A DNA stretch of 51,064 bases, taken from NCBI GenBank assembly GCA_035712665.1, contig DASTAN010000151.1, forward strand, positions 1 to 51,064, read 5' to 3'. The first letter of the stretch is position 1, and each line of letters begins with the position of its first letter. The stretch comes from Gemmatimonadales bacterium (GTDB lineage Bacteria > Gemmatimonadota > Gemmatimonadetes > Gemmatimonadales > GWC2-71-9). Below are positions 7,157 to 15,188 of this stretch, piece by piece. The position numbers were made by a program, and so were the translations under genes. The notes beneath the pieces were generated by a model. The model did no database searches and was not told the DNA's origin. It saw only the letters and a list, made by a program, of their open reading frames with translations.

Positions 7157-9013
7157 TCAGTGATGCGTGGCGTGGGCGTCGACCGGCTCGTACGCCCACT
7201 TGAAGATGCCGAAGACCGTGAGCGCGAACCCGACGATCGTCACCGGCCCGAACGGGAACGCCCACGTGTGCTTGATCATGAAGCCGACGAAGAAGACGAG
7301 GATGCCGATCGAGACGATCAGCGGCCACCACGACGGCCCCGGCATGTGGATCCCCTTGCCGTCGACCAGCGCCGGCTCCGGCAGCTGCCGGGTCCCCGCC
7401 GCGCGCTTCATCGCCCAGACCGGATCCTTCTCGGCGACGACCGGCTCCTCGGCGAAGTTCCACTCCTGCGGCGGCGACGGGATCGTCCACTCGAGGGTGG
7501 CGCCGTTCCACGGGTCGGCCGGCGCGCGCTCGTCGCTCCGCCAGGTCTTGATCACGTTCCACATGAACACCAGCAGCGACCCGGCGAGGAGGAACGCCCC
7601 GACCGTCGCCATCAGGTTGTAGATGTCGAACCCGAGCCCGCCCGGATAGGTGTAGATGCGGCGCGGCATCCCGAGCAGCCCGGCGAAGTGCATCGGGAAG
7701 AAGGTCAGGTTGAACGCGATCATCATCAGCCAGAAGTGGAGCTTGCCGAGCCCCTCGTCGAGCATCTTGCCGAACATCTTCGGCCACCAGTAGTACGCAC
7801 CCGCCGTCAGCGCGAAGATCGACCCGCCGAAGAGCACGTAGTGGAAGTGCGCCACGACGAAGTACGTGTCGGTCTGCTGCAGGTCGGCCGGCGCCACCGC
7901 GTGCATCACGCCCGAGAGGCCGCCCATGATGAACATCGCGATGAAGCCGATCGAGAAGTACATCGGCGTCTTCAGCTGGACCGAGCCGCCCCAGATGGTG
8001 CCGATCCAGTTGAAGATCTTCACGCCGGTCGGGATCGCGATCAGCATCGTCGCGAGCGAGAAGAACGAGTCGGCGAGCGGCCCCATCCCGGTCGAGAACA
8101 TGTGGTGCGACCACACGCCGAAGCCGAGGAAGGCGATGAACGAGCTCGAGAAGACCATCGCGCTGTAGCCGAAGAGCGGCTTCCGCGAGAAGACCGGGAG
8201 GATCTCCGAGATGATCCCGAACGCCGGCAGGATCAGGATGTACACCTCGGGATGCCCGAACACCCAGAACAGGTGCTGCCAGAGCATCGGGTCGCCGCCG
8301 CCGGCCACGCTGAAGAACGACGTGCCGAAGAGGCGGTCGGCCATCAGCAGGATCAGCGCGACGGTGATCACCGGGAACGCCAGGAGCACCAGCACCTGCG
8401 TGATCAGCGTCGTCCAGACGAACATCGGCATCCGCATCAGCGTCATGCCGCGGGCGCGCATGTTGAGGATCGTCGTGAAGAAGTTCACGCCGGCCGCGAG
8501 CGAGGCGATGCCCAGGATCTGCAGGCCGATGACCCAGAAGTCCATGTTGACGCCCGGCGAGTACTGCCGGCTCGACAGCGGCGCGTAGCCGAACCACCCG
8601 CCGTTGGGTGCGCCCCACAGGAACGACGCGTTGAGGAAGAGCCCGCCCAGCACGAACACCCAGAGCGACATCGCGTTGAGCCGCGGGAAGGCGACGTCAC
8701 GCGCGCCGATGAGGAGCGGGATGAAGAAGTTGAAGAACATCGCGCTGAGCGGCATCACGGCGAGGAAGATCATCGTCGTGCCGTGCATCGTGAACAGCTG
8801 GTTGTAGAGCTCGGGCGAGACCAGGCTCGCCTCGGGCTTCGCCAGCTGGGCGCGGATGATGAGCGCCTCGACGCCGCCGATCAGGAAGAAGAGGAACGCC
8901 CACGCGCCGTACATGATGCCGATCTTCTTGTGATCGACCGTCGTGAGCCAGTCCACCAGCACGCTCCGCTTCGCCACGTGGGCGTGCGCGGGCTCGAGCA
9001 CCGTCGTTGCCAT
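7157..9013 (-). CDS. ctaD: Cytochrome c oxidase subunit I
   Basis: ORF 7157-9070. Shows WFFGHPEVYILILPAFG-like (FWVFGHPEVYILILPAFG), HHMF and VAHFHYVL motifs. ATG 9013 (MATTVLEP) follows GGAG and lies 19 nt after the ctaC stop. Confidence 0.95.
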   Translation of the reverse strand: MATTVLEPAHAHVAKRSVLVDWLTTVDHKKIGIMYGAWAFLFFLIGGVEALIIRAQLAKPEASLVSPELYNQLFTMHGTTMIFLAVMPLSAMFFNFFIPLLIGARDVAFPRLNAMSLWVFVLGGLFLNASFLWGAPNGGWFGYAPLSSRQYSPGVNMDFWVIGLQILGIASLAAGVNFFTTILNMRARGMTLMRMPMFVWTTLITQVLVLLAFPVITVALILLMADRLFGTSFFSVAGGGDPMLWQHLFWVFGHPEVYILILPAFGIISEILPVFSRKPLFGYSAMVFSSSFIAFLGFGVWSHHMFSTGMGPLADSFFSLATMLIAIPTGVKIFNWIGTIWGGSVQLKTPMYFSIGFIAMFIMGGLSGVMHAVAPADLQQTDTYFVVAHFHYVLFGGSIFALTAGAYYWWPKMFGKMLDEGLGKLHFWLMMIAFNLTFFPMHFAGLLGMPRRIYTYPGGLGFDIYNLMATVGAFLLAGSLLVFMWNVIKTWRSDERAPADPWNGATLEWTIPSPPQEWNFAEEPVVAEKDPVWAMKRAAGTRQLPEPALVDGKGIHMPGPSWWPLIVSIGILVFFVGFMIKHTWAFPFGPVTIVGFALTVFGIFKWAYEPVDAHATHH

Positions 9014-9032
9014 CGTCGTCAGTCTCCCCGGC

Positions 9033-10166
9033 TCACTGCAAGGTCCGGAGGTACGCGACGAGCGCGTCACCCTCCGCGTCGGTCATCGGGAGGTTCGGCA
9101 TCTTCACGCCGACCTTCACGCCCTGCGGGTCCATGATCCAGCGCTTGAGGTTCGCGTCGGTGTTCGCCATCCACCCGGCCGCGATCATCTTCCGCGAGCC
9201 GATGCCGGCGAGGTTCGGGCCGACCGCGACCTTCGGCGTGTTCACCGACTTCACCGCGTGGCACCCGGCGCAGCCCTTCGCCGTGAAGAGCTTCTCGCCC
9301 TCGAGCGCCTTCGGATCCACCGCCTGCGCGAGGACCGCGGGCGCGGCGGAGTCGACGGCCATCGGGCCGGACGCCGCGAGCGCCGTGCTGTCGGCCATCG
9401 GGGCCGGCGGCGGCACCAGCGGCATCGTGTCGGTCTGCATCCGGGTGACCCACGCCTCGAAGTCGCCCGGCGCGTCGGCCATCACGTAGAAGAGCATCTT
9501 GCCGTGCTGGATGCCGCAGAACTCGGCGCACGCGCCCGGGTACGCCCCCGACGCCTTTGCCGTGAACCAGATCCGCGTCTCGCGGTTCGGGAAGACGTCG
9601 CGCTTCCCGGCGAACTGCGGGATCCAGAACGAGTGGAGCACGTCCACCGTCTTCATCCGGAGGTCGATCGTCCGGCCGACCGGGACGTGAAGCTCGTTCG
9701 CGGTGCGGATGCCGAGCTCCGGGTAGTGGAACTCCCACCACCACTGGTGGCCCGTCACCTCGACCTTGAGCGGCTCGCCGCCCTCGGCCGTCGCGGCCGG
9801 GATCTCGGCCGTCTTGAAGATGGTCTGCACCGTCGGCACCGCCACGAACGCGAGCACCGCGGCGGGGATCACCGTCCAGATGATCTCCACCACGGTGCTG
9901 CCGTGGATCTGCTTCGGCTCGGGATCGTCCGGCTTCCCGCGGAACTTGAAGACCGCCCAGAGCAGGCCGGCCTCCACCACCACGAAGATCACCGTCGCCC
10001 ACCAGACCGTCTTCATGAAGACGGCGTCGACCAGCTCCGCGAAGTCACCCTTCGGCGAAAGCGTCGACTGCGGATACTCCCCGGCGCAGCCTGCCAGCGC
10101 CAGGGCGAAGATCACCATCAGCGCCTGCGGCAGAAGCCGCCGCGACGGCGCGCGAAGCAGTCCCAT
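9033..10166 (-). CDS. ctaC: Cytochrome c oxidase subunit II fused to a C-terminal cytochrome c domain (caa3-type)
   Basis: ORF 9033-10217. The CuA site is HSFWIPQFAGKRD...CAEFCGIQHGKM and the C-terminal heme motif is CAGCH. I prefer ATG 10166, which gives the lipoprotein signal MGLLRAPSRRLLPQALMVIFALALAGC. GTG 10217 would place the start inside a perfect palindrome. Confidence 0.9.
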   Translation of the reverse strand: MGLLRAPSRRLLPQALMVIFALALAGCAGEYPQSTLSPKGDFAELVDAVFMKTVWWATVIFVVVEAGLLWAVFKFRGKPDDPEPKQIHGSTVVEIIWTVIPAAVLAFVAVPTVQTIFKTAEIPAATAEGGEPLKVEVTGHQWWWEFHYPELGIRTANELHVPVGRTIDLRMKTVDVLHSFWIPQFAGKRDVFPNRETRIWFTAKASGAYPGACAEFCGIQHGKMLFYVMADAPGDFEAWVTRMQTDTMPLVPPPAPMADSTALAASGPMAVDSAAPAVLAQAVDPKALEGEKLFTAKGCAGCHAVKSVNTPKVAVGPNLAGIGSRKMIAAGWMANTDANLKRWIMDPQGVKVGVKMPNLPMTDAEGDALVAYLRTLQ

Positions 10167-10200
10167 CAATGTCTGGATCCCCAATGCGGGTTCCGGTCGC

Positions 10201-10220
10201 CTTGTGAAGACGTTCACAAG
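10201..10220. promoter_or_regulatory. Perfect palindrome CTTGTGAA-GACG-TTCACAAG (CRP/FNR-family-like TGTGA-N6-TCACA site) in the cta leader
   Basis: 8-bp perfect arms read directly from the sequence. The core matches the classical CRP half-sites TGTGA/TCACA with 6-nt spacing. It sits between the predicted promoter (10238-10266) and ATG 10166. Confidence 0.5.
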
Positions 10221-10237
10221 AGGATTGAAGCGCGTGG

Positions 10238-10266
10238 AGAATAGCGCGGATCGAGCGGAGGGTCAA
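10238..10266 (-). promoter_or_regulatory. Candidate sigma-70-type promoter of the cta operon
   Basis: The minus strand reads TTGACC, a 17-nt spacer, then TATTCT. The -35 box is at 10266-10261 and the -10 box at 10243-10238. Confidence 0.45.
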
Positions 10267-10284
10267 GCAAAGTTGACCGCCGTG

Positions 10285-10920
10285 TCAACGTGGGTTGACG
10301 CCCCCGGACCACGCGCCCAGCGGGAGATCGAACGCAATCGGATCGGTCACCGTGTACGAGAAGTGCCACCACTCCTGGTCGTAGTTGACGAACCCCTCGG
10401 CGGCCATCGCCGCCACCAGACGCTGGCGATTCGCGGCCACCATCCCCGAGGCGTTCGCGGTATGGGCCCACCCCGAGAACTCGTCGTACGGCGTCCCCAT
10501 CGGCAGCTCGACCCCGGTGGCGAGGTCGACGAGCGTGAGGTCGACGGCGACCCCCTGATTGTGGCGCGAGCGACGGGCGATGTAGCCGTCGTCGAGGAGG
10601 TCGGTCCGGCCGACCCGCTCCGCCCAGTCGACCATCGCCAGCGTCGCCCGCACCGGCCGGTACCCGTCGAAGACCTTGAGGCCGAGTCCCTCGCGGGCCA
10701 GACGCGCCTGGACCCGACCGAGCGCCTCGGCCGCCTCGCGCCGGAGCAGCACGATCGGCCGCTCGTAGCCCGGGAGCGGGGCCCAGGTGAAGTTGTTCGA
10801 CCCGGCATACCGGACCTCCTGCCGGATCGCGGGGTCGATCGGCGCCAGCAGGCGGAACGCCGGGGGGCTGGCCGTGGCGCAGCCGGTGGTCAGGGCGAGC
10901 GGGAGCCAGAGGTGGCGCAT
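10285..10920 (-). CDS. ddpX: D-alanyl-D-alanine dipeptidase (VanX/DdpX, peptidase M15D), exported
   Basis: Within ORF 10285-10995. From ATG 10920 it reads MRHLWLPLALTTGCA (signal/lipobox). Also has ...VRYAGSNNF..., FDGYRP, SRHNQGVAVDLTL and WWHFSY, characteristic of the VanX family. Confidence 0.85.
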   Translation of the reverse strand: MRHLWLPLALTTGCATASPPAFRLLAPIDPAIRQEVRYAGSNNFTWAPLPGYERPIVLLRREAAEALGRVQARLAREGLGLKVFDGYRPVRATLAMVDWAERVGRTDLLDDGYIARRSRHNQGVAVDLTLVDLATGVELPMGTPYDEFSGWAHTANASGMVAANRQRLVAAMAAEGFVNYDQEWWHFSYTVTDPIAFDLPLGAWSGGVNPR

Positions 10921-10931
10921 GCGCGGGGACC

Positions 10932-11010
10932 GGTGAGGGGTAAGGAGTGAGGGGTAAGGGGGGAACGGTAATCCCGGAGCCCCCTTACCCCTCACCCCTC
11001 ACCCCTCACC
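10932..11010. repeat. Heptamer-array hairpin R6
   Basis: GGTGAGGGGTAAGGAGTGAGGGGTAAGGGGGG (10932-10963) faces CCCCTTACCCCTCACCCCTCACCCCTCACC (10981-11010). It occupies most of the divergent ddpX/greA intergenic region. Confidence 0.9.
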
Positions 11011-11032
11011 ACAGTATCTTTCTCGCCATCCA

Positions 11033-11075
11033 GTTCCACGGCCCGACCCCCCGGTTTGGCCGTGGGTCCTTTTTT
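11033..11075 (+). terminator. Terminator-like hairpin plus T6 in the greA leader
   Basis: CCACGGCC (11036-11043) pairs with GGCCGTGG (11058-11065), with inner ACC/GGT pairs, followed by GTCC and TTTTTT (11070-11075). No plus-strand gene lies upstream. It is 25 nt before the greA ATG. Confidence 0.45.
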
Positions 11076-11100
11076 CGTCCCAATGCCCAAGGAGCGGACG

Positions 11101-11577
11101 ATGATCAACGAGATGCGGGAGAAGCTCGGCAAGGAGATCGCCGAGCTGACCCACGAGCTCGCGGTGACCCTGCCCCAGGCGATCGCGACGGCCGTCGAGA
11201 TGGGCGACCTTCGCGAGAACTCGGAATACAAGTCGGCCCTCGAGCGCCAGCAGTTCGTGCAGGCGCGCCTCGGCCAGCTGCATCAGCGCCTCAACCAGCT
11301 GACCCAGCTGGCCAACACCGAGGCCCCGCTCGACCGCGTCGGCCTCGGCTCGAAGGTCGTCGTCGAGGATCTCGCCACCGGCGAGCGTGAGGAGTACACC
11401 CTCGTCCTTGCCGAGATGATGGACATCGACGCCGGGCACATCTCGCTCGCCTCCCCCCTCGGCCGTGCCCTGAAGGACACCGCGGTCGGCGATGAGGTCG
11501 CCCTGCAGCTCCCGACGATGCGCCGGAAGCTCAAGGTCATCGAGCTGGTCACCGTCCACGCGATGCTCTCGGAGTAG
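11101..11577 (+). CDS. greA: Transcription elongation factor GreA
   Basis: Within ORF 11056-11577. ATG 11101 follows AAGGAG. Contains MGDLRENSEYKSALERQQFVQARLGQL (coiled-coil with acidic tip) and a C-terminal FKBP-like domain ...GLGSKVVVEDL...ISLASPLGRALKD... Confidence 0.9.
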   Translation: MINEMREKLGKEIAELTHELAVTLPQAIATAVEMGDLRENSEYKSALERQQFVQARLGQLHQRLNQLTQLANTEAPLDRVGLGSKVVVEDLATGEREEYTLVLAEMMDIDAGHISLASPLGRALKDTAVGDEVALQLPTMRRKLKVIELVTVHAMLSE

Positions 11578-11583
11578 CCGGCC

Positions 11584-11958
11584 GTGGACGCGATCCCGAA
11601 GGAACTGCTCGTCGTCGGCGACCGTGTGCTCATCACTCCGGAAGAGGGCGACGAGCAGCGGACCCGGGTCGGGCTCTACCTCCCGGCCACCGCGATCGAC
11701 GCCCAGCAGGTCCAGAGCGGGATGATCATCGCCACCGGCCCCGGCGACCCGCTCCCCGATCCGTCGGTGTTCGGTGACGAGCCGTGGCGGGCCGAGGAGC
11801 GGACCCCGCGCCACCGCCCGATGCAGGCCCGGGTTGGCGACACCGCCATCTTCTTCCGGAAGGCGGCGGTCGAGATCTCCTTCGAGGAGCGGCGCTATCT
11901 CGTCGTCCCCCAGGCGGCGATCCTGGTCCTCGTCCGCGATCGAATCCCGCTCCCCTAA
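11584..11958 (+). CDS. GroES/Cpn10-family protein (atypical, with insertion)
   Basis: GTG start 6 nt after greA. Shows the Cpn10 pattern LLVVGDRVLITPEEGDEQRTRVGLYLPATA...SGMIIATGPG...ARVGDTAIFF...YLVVPQAAILVLV. Confidence 0.65.
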   Translation: MDAIPKELLVVGDRVLITPEEGDEQRTRVGLYLPATAIDAQQVQSGMIIATGPGDPLPDPSVFGDEPWRAEERTPRHRPMQARVGDTAIFFRKAAVEISFEERRYLVVPQAAILVLVRDRIPLP

Positions 11959-11991
11959 CCAGCGGCGTGCCCCCGTGCGCTATCTTGGCGC

Positions 11992-13638
11992 ATGAGCACA
12001 TTCCCGTCCCTCGGCCTCGCGCCCGCCCTCTGCGACGCGCTGGCCACCCTCGGCTACGAAGAACCAACCCCGATCCAGGCCGAGGCGATCCCGGCGCTGC
12101 TCGCCGGGCGCGACCTCCTCGGTCAGGCGGCCACCGGCACCGGCAAGACCGCCGCCTTCGCCCTCCCGCTGCTGCAGCGCCTCGGCACCGGCAGCGTGGC
12201 ACCGTCGCGCCCCACCATCCTCGTCCTCGCCCCGACCCGCGAGCTCGCGATGCAGGTCGCCGAGGCGTTCCACCGCTACGGCCGCGCGATGGGTTCGTCG
12301 GTGGTCCCGATCTACGGGGGGCAGGCGTTCGACCAGCAGATCCGCATCCTCCGCCGCGGCGTGCACGTCGTCGTCGCGACGCCGGGACGCGCGCTCGATC
12401 ACCTGCGTCGCGGCACCCTCGATCTCGCCAACCTCGGTGCGATCGTCCTCGACGAGGCCGACGAGATGCTCGACATGGGCTTCGCCGACGAGATCGAGGC
12501 GATCCTCGATGCGGCGCCAGAGGTGCGACAGACGGCACTCTTCTCCGCGACGATGGCGCCCCGGATCGCGAAGATCGCCGAGCGGCACCTGAGCGATCCG
12601 GTGCGCATCAGCATCGCGCGCGCCGCCCCGATCGCGGGCGAGGCGCCGAAGGTCCGCCAGACGGCGTACCTCATCGCGCGGCCGCACAAGGTCGCAGCCC
12701 TGGGGCGCATCCTCGACCTCGAGTCGCCGGAGCTGGCGATCGTCTTCTGCCGCACGCGCACCGAAGTCGACACCCTCACCGAGACGCTGGGCGGGCACGG
12801 CTATCGTGCCGAGGCGCTCCACGGCGGGATGACGCAGGACGCGCGCGATCGCGTGATGAAGCGCACGCGCGCGGGCAACGTCGACCTCCTGATCGCGACC
12901 GACGTCGCCGCGCGCGGGCTCGACATCGAGCAGCTCTCGCACGTGGTGAACTACAACGTCCCCGAGTCGCCGGCCGCCTATGTCCATCGCATCGGACGCA
13001 CCGGGCGAGCGGGGCGTGAGGGCGTCGCGATCACGCTGGTCGAGCCGCGCGAGCATCGCCTGCTCCGGAACATCGAGGCGGCGACGCGCTCGCGCGTGAC
13101 GATGGCCCAGCTGCCCACGGTGATGGACGTGCAGGCGAAGCGCCTTGGCCTCACCACCGAGGCGGTGCGCGAGGCGATCGCGGCGGGTGGCACCGAACGG
13201 TACCGCGCGGTGGTCGAGGCGCTCACCGACGCGCACGACCTGATGGAAATCGCGATGGCGGCGCTGCAGCTCGCCCACGAACGGGAGCACGGCACCGGCA
13301 CCGACGAGGACGAGGCGATCGACCTCGCCCCGCCGGCGGCACCGAAGGGCGACAAGGCGAAGGGCGCGCCGCGCCCGAAGCGGAACGCCGGCTTCTCGCG
13401 GATCTACATCGGGGCGGGCCGCAAGAACAACCTGCGCCCGGCCGACCTGGTCGGGGCGATCGTCAACGAGGCGAAGGTGCCGGCGAAGGAGATCGGCACG
13501 ATCGAGATCACCGATCGCTTCGCGCTGGTCGAGCTGCCGGAGGAGAAGGTGAACGGCGTGATCGCGGCGTTGCGTGCCAGCACCATCAAGGGGAAGCGGC
13601 TCACCGTGCGGCGTGACCTCGCCGGCGGTTCGCGCTAG
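11992..13638 (+). CDS. DEAD-box ATP-dependent RNA helicase (DeaD/CsdA-like with DbpA-type C-terminal RNA-binding domain)
   Basis: Shows the Q-motif, ATGTGKTAAF, DEAD (LDEADEML), SAT and HRIGRTGRAG. The C-terminus reads FSRIYIGAGRKNNLRPADLVGAI...IEITDRFALVELPEE. Confidence 0.93.
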   Translation: MSTFPSLGLAPALCDALATLGYEEPTPIQAEAIPALLAGRDLLGQAATGTGKTAAFALPLLQRLGTGSVAPSRPTILVLAPTRELAMQVAEAFHRYGRAMGSSVVPIYGGQAFDQQIRILRRGVHVVVATPGRALDHLRRGTLDLANLGAIVLDEADEMLDMGFADEIEAILDAAPEVRQTALFSATMAPRIAKIAERHLSDPVRISIARAAPIAGEAPKVRQTAYLIARPHKVAALGRILDLESPELAIVFCRTRTEVDTLTETLGGHGYRAEALHGGMTQDARDRVMKRTRAGNVDLLIATDVAARGLDIEQLSHVVNYNVPESPAAYVHRIGRTGRAGREGVAITLVEPREHRLLRNIEAATRSRVTMAQLPTVMDVQAKRLGLTTEAVREAIAAGGTERYRAVVEALTDAHDLMEIAMAALQLAHEREHGTGTDEDEAIDLAPPAAPKGDKAKGAPRPKRNAGFSRIYIGAGRKNNLRPADLVGAIVNEAKVPAKEIGTIEITDRFALVELPEEKVNGVIAALRASTIKGKRLTVRRDLAGGSR

Positions 13639-14039
13639 CGGCGGAGATCGACCAGCGTCAGGTCGAAGATCAGCACGGCGTCGGGCGGCACGGCACCGGC
13701 GCCCTTCGGGCCATAGCCCAGATGCGGCGGGACGAGCAGCCGACGTCGCCCGCCGACCCGCATCCCGCGCACCCCGGCATCCCAGCCGGGGATCACCGTG
13801 CCGGCCCCGACCCGGAAACGGAACGGCTCGCGATCGGTGGCACTGAAGATCGTCGCGTCGGCGAGCTGCCCGACGAAGTGCACCGCCACCGAATCGCCCT
13901 CGCCCACCTGCGGCCCGTCACCCGGCTGTACATCCTGGTAGTAGATGCCGCGGGGCGTGCGGACCAGCGAGTCGAGCGGCAGGCCAAGCTTTGGCGAGAG
14001 ATTCCACCCCGAGAACGGCACGATGGGACGCAGGGTCAT
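13635..14039 (-). CDS. FKBP-type peptidyl-prolyl cis-trans isomerase (probably exported; true start likely upstream)
   Basis: FKBP core: YYQDVQPGDGPQVGEGDSVAVHFVGQLADATIFSATDREPFRFRVGAGTVIPGWDAGVRGMRVGGRRRLLVPPHLGYG. An in-frame signal peptide SRLALSLALALGAAPCGAQG is encoded at 14040-14099, with only CTG 14102 available as a start. Confidence 0.85.
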   Translation of the reverse strand: MTLRPIVPFSGWNLSPKLGLPLDSLVRTPRGIYYQDVQPGDGPQVGEGDSVAVHFVGQLADATIFSATDREPFRFRVGAGTVIPGWDAGVRGMRVGGRRRLLVPPHLGYGPKGAGAVPPDAVLIFDLTLVDLRR

Positions 14040-14098
14040 CCCCTGCGCCCCACACGGTGCGGCGCCGAGCGCCAGGGCGAGCGACAGCGCGAGTCGGC

Positions 14099-14632
14099 TC
14101 AGGCGGCCCCGGCCTCCTCGAAGGCGTCATCGGTCGCGAGCGCCGCCTCGAAGGCATCGCGCGCCTCGTCACTGAAGCAGGCGATGATCAGGCTCGGCGG
14201 GCACTGGCCCGTCGCCAGCTGCTCGCGCGCCGCCCGCACGATGATGCGCGCGGCCCGATCGATCGGGAAGCCGAAGATCCCGGTCGCGATCGCCGGCAGT
14301 GCCGCGCTCTCGGCGCGGTGCATGTGGGCCAGCAGCAGTGCCGCGCGGACCGCCTTCGCGAGCAGCTCGTCCTCGCCGCGATCCCCGCCCTGCCACACCG
14401 GTCCGACCGCGTGGACGACGAAGCGACTCGGCAGCGAGAACGCGGCCGTGATCCGCGCCTCGCCGGTCGGGCAGAAGCCGATCCGCTCGCAGGCCTCGGC
14501 GAGTTCCGGCCCGGCCGCGGCGTGGATCGCGGCCGAGACCCCGGCTCCGGGGAGCAGGCGTTCGTTGGCGGCGTTGATGATGGCGTCGACGGGGAGCGTG
14601 GTGATGTCCACCAGCTTGGTGACAATCGACAT
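14099..14632 (-). CDS. Macro-domain protein (O-acetyl-ADP-ribose deacetylase, YmdB-like)
   Basis: Contains DITTLPVDAIINAANERLLPGAGVSAAIHAAAGPEL...HAVGPVW...LPAIATGIFGFP, which are macro-domain ADP-ribose binding motifs. Confidence 0.85.
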   Translation of the reverse strand: MSIVTKLVDITTLPVDAIINAANERLLPGAGVSAAIHAAAGPELAEACERIGFCPTGEARITAAFSLPSRFVVHAVGPVWQGGDRGEDELLAKAVRAALLLAHMHRAESAALPAIATGIFGFPIDRAARIIVRAAREQLATGQCPPSLIIACFSDEARDAFEAALATDDAFEEAGAA

Positions 14633-14685
14633 GCGGGCCTCCTTCAGTGCAGCAGGTCAAGCTCGCGGGCGCCAATCGCCCGTCA

Positions 14686-14699
14686 CGTGTTGCAACACG
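14686..14699. promoter_or_regulatory. Perfect 14-bp palindrome CGTGTTGCAACACG in a divergent intergenic region
   Basis: Read directly from the sequence. It lies 54 nt upstream of the macro-domain gene start (14632, minus) and 175 nt upstream of ATG 14874 (plus). Candidate operator. Confidence 0.35.
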
Positions 14700-14873
14700 C
14701 AACATCGCAGTCGAGTAGAGATGTGTCAGGTTAGCCCGAAATGACCCGCTTGGGAACCCGTGTGACCGGATCGGGACCACCTGGGTGCGGGCTGCAGGAG
14801 TACCGCTTGTCACGGGGTGTCGCGATCTTTTGCCGGTCAATCGTTAGGCATCTTCCGACACGGAGCCGTCGCC

Positions 14874-15188
14874 ATGGACCGCATTCCCCACCAGATCGAC
14901 CTCGCCACTGCCAAGACGATGATCGCGGCCGCCAAGGCGAAGACCCCGACCGCGCCGAATGCGTGGTGGTTCGACCGCGAGATTCTCGACGTGATTCTCG
15001 CCCAGAAGGACGTGACCGGCCTGCGGATCTACATCGGCGCCACGCAGGAGGGGGCGATGCAGCCGATCCTCGTCGGGACGACCGGCGAGGGGGCGACGGG
15101 GTCGGATCTCGCCGAGGGAGTGATCGGGGAGGAAGCGCTGCCGTGCCCGACCTTCTGTGACAAGAACTCGCCGCTGGGACCGGCGTGA
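14874..15188 (+). CDS. Hypothetical small protein (104 aa)
   Basis: Within ORF 14817-15188. ATG 14874 follows GGAG. Codon usage is good (GC3-rich). The C-terminal CPTFC pair is the only motif. Its stop overlaps the next gene's start (GTGA). Confidence 0.55.
   Translation: MDRIPHQIDLATAKTMIAAAKAKTPTAPNAWWFDREILDVILAQKDVTGLRIYIGATQEGAMQPILVGTTGEGATGSDLAEGVIGEEALPCPTFCDKNSPLGPA

Noticed and set aside
13635-13638. Convergent DEAD-box helicase and FKBP genes share overlapping stop codons (CTAG)
   Set aside because: This is real but common in compact high-GC genomes. It only implies that there is no room for terminators and is not evidence of a special mechanism.
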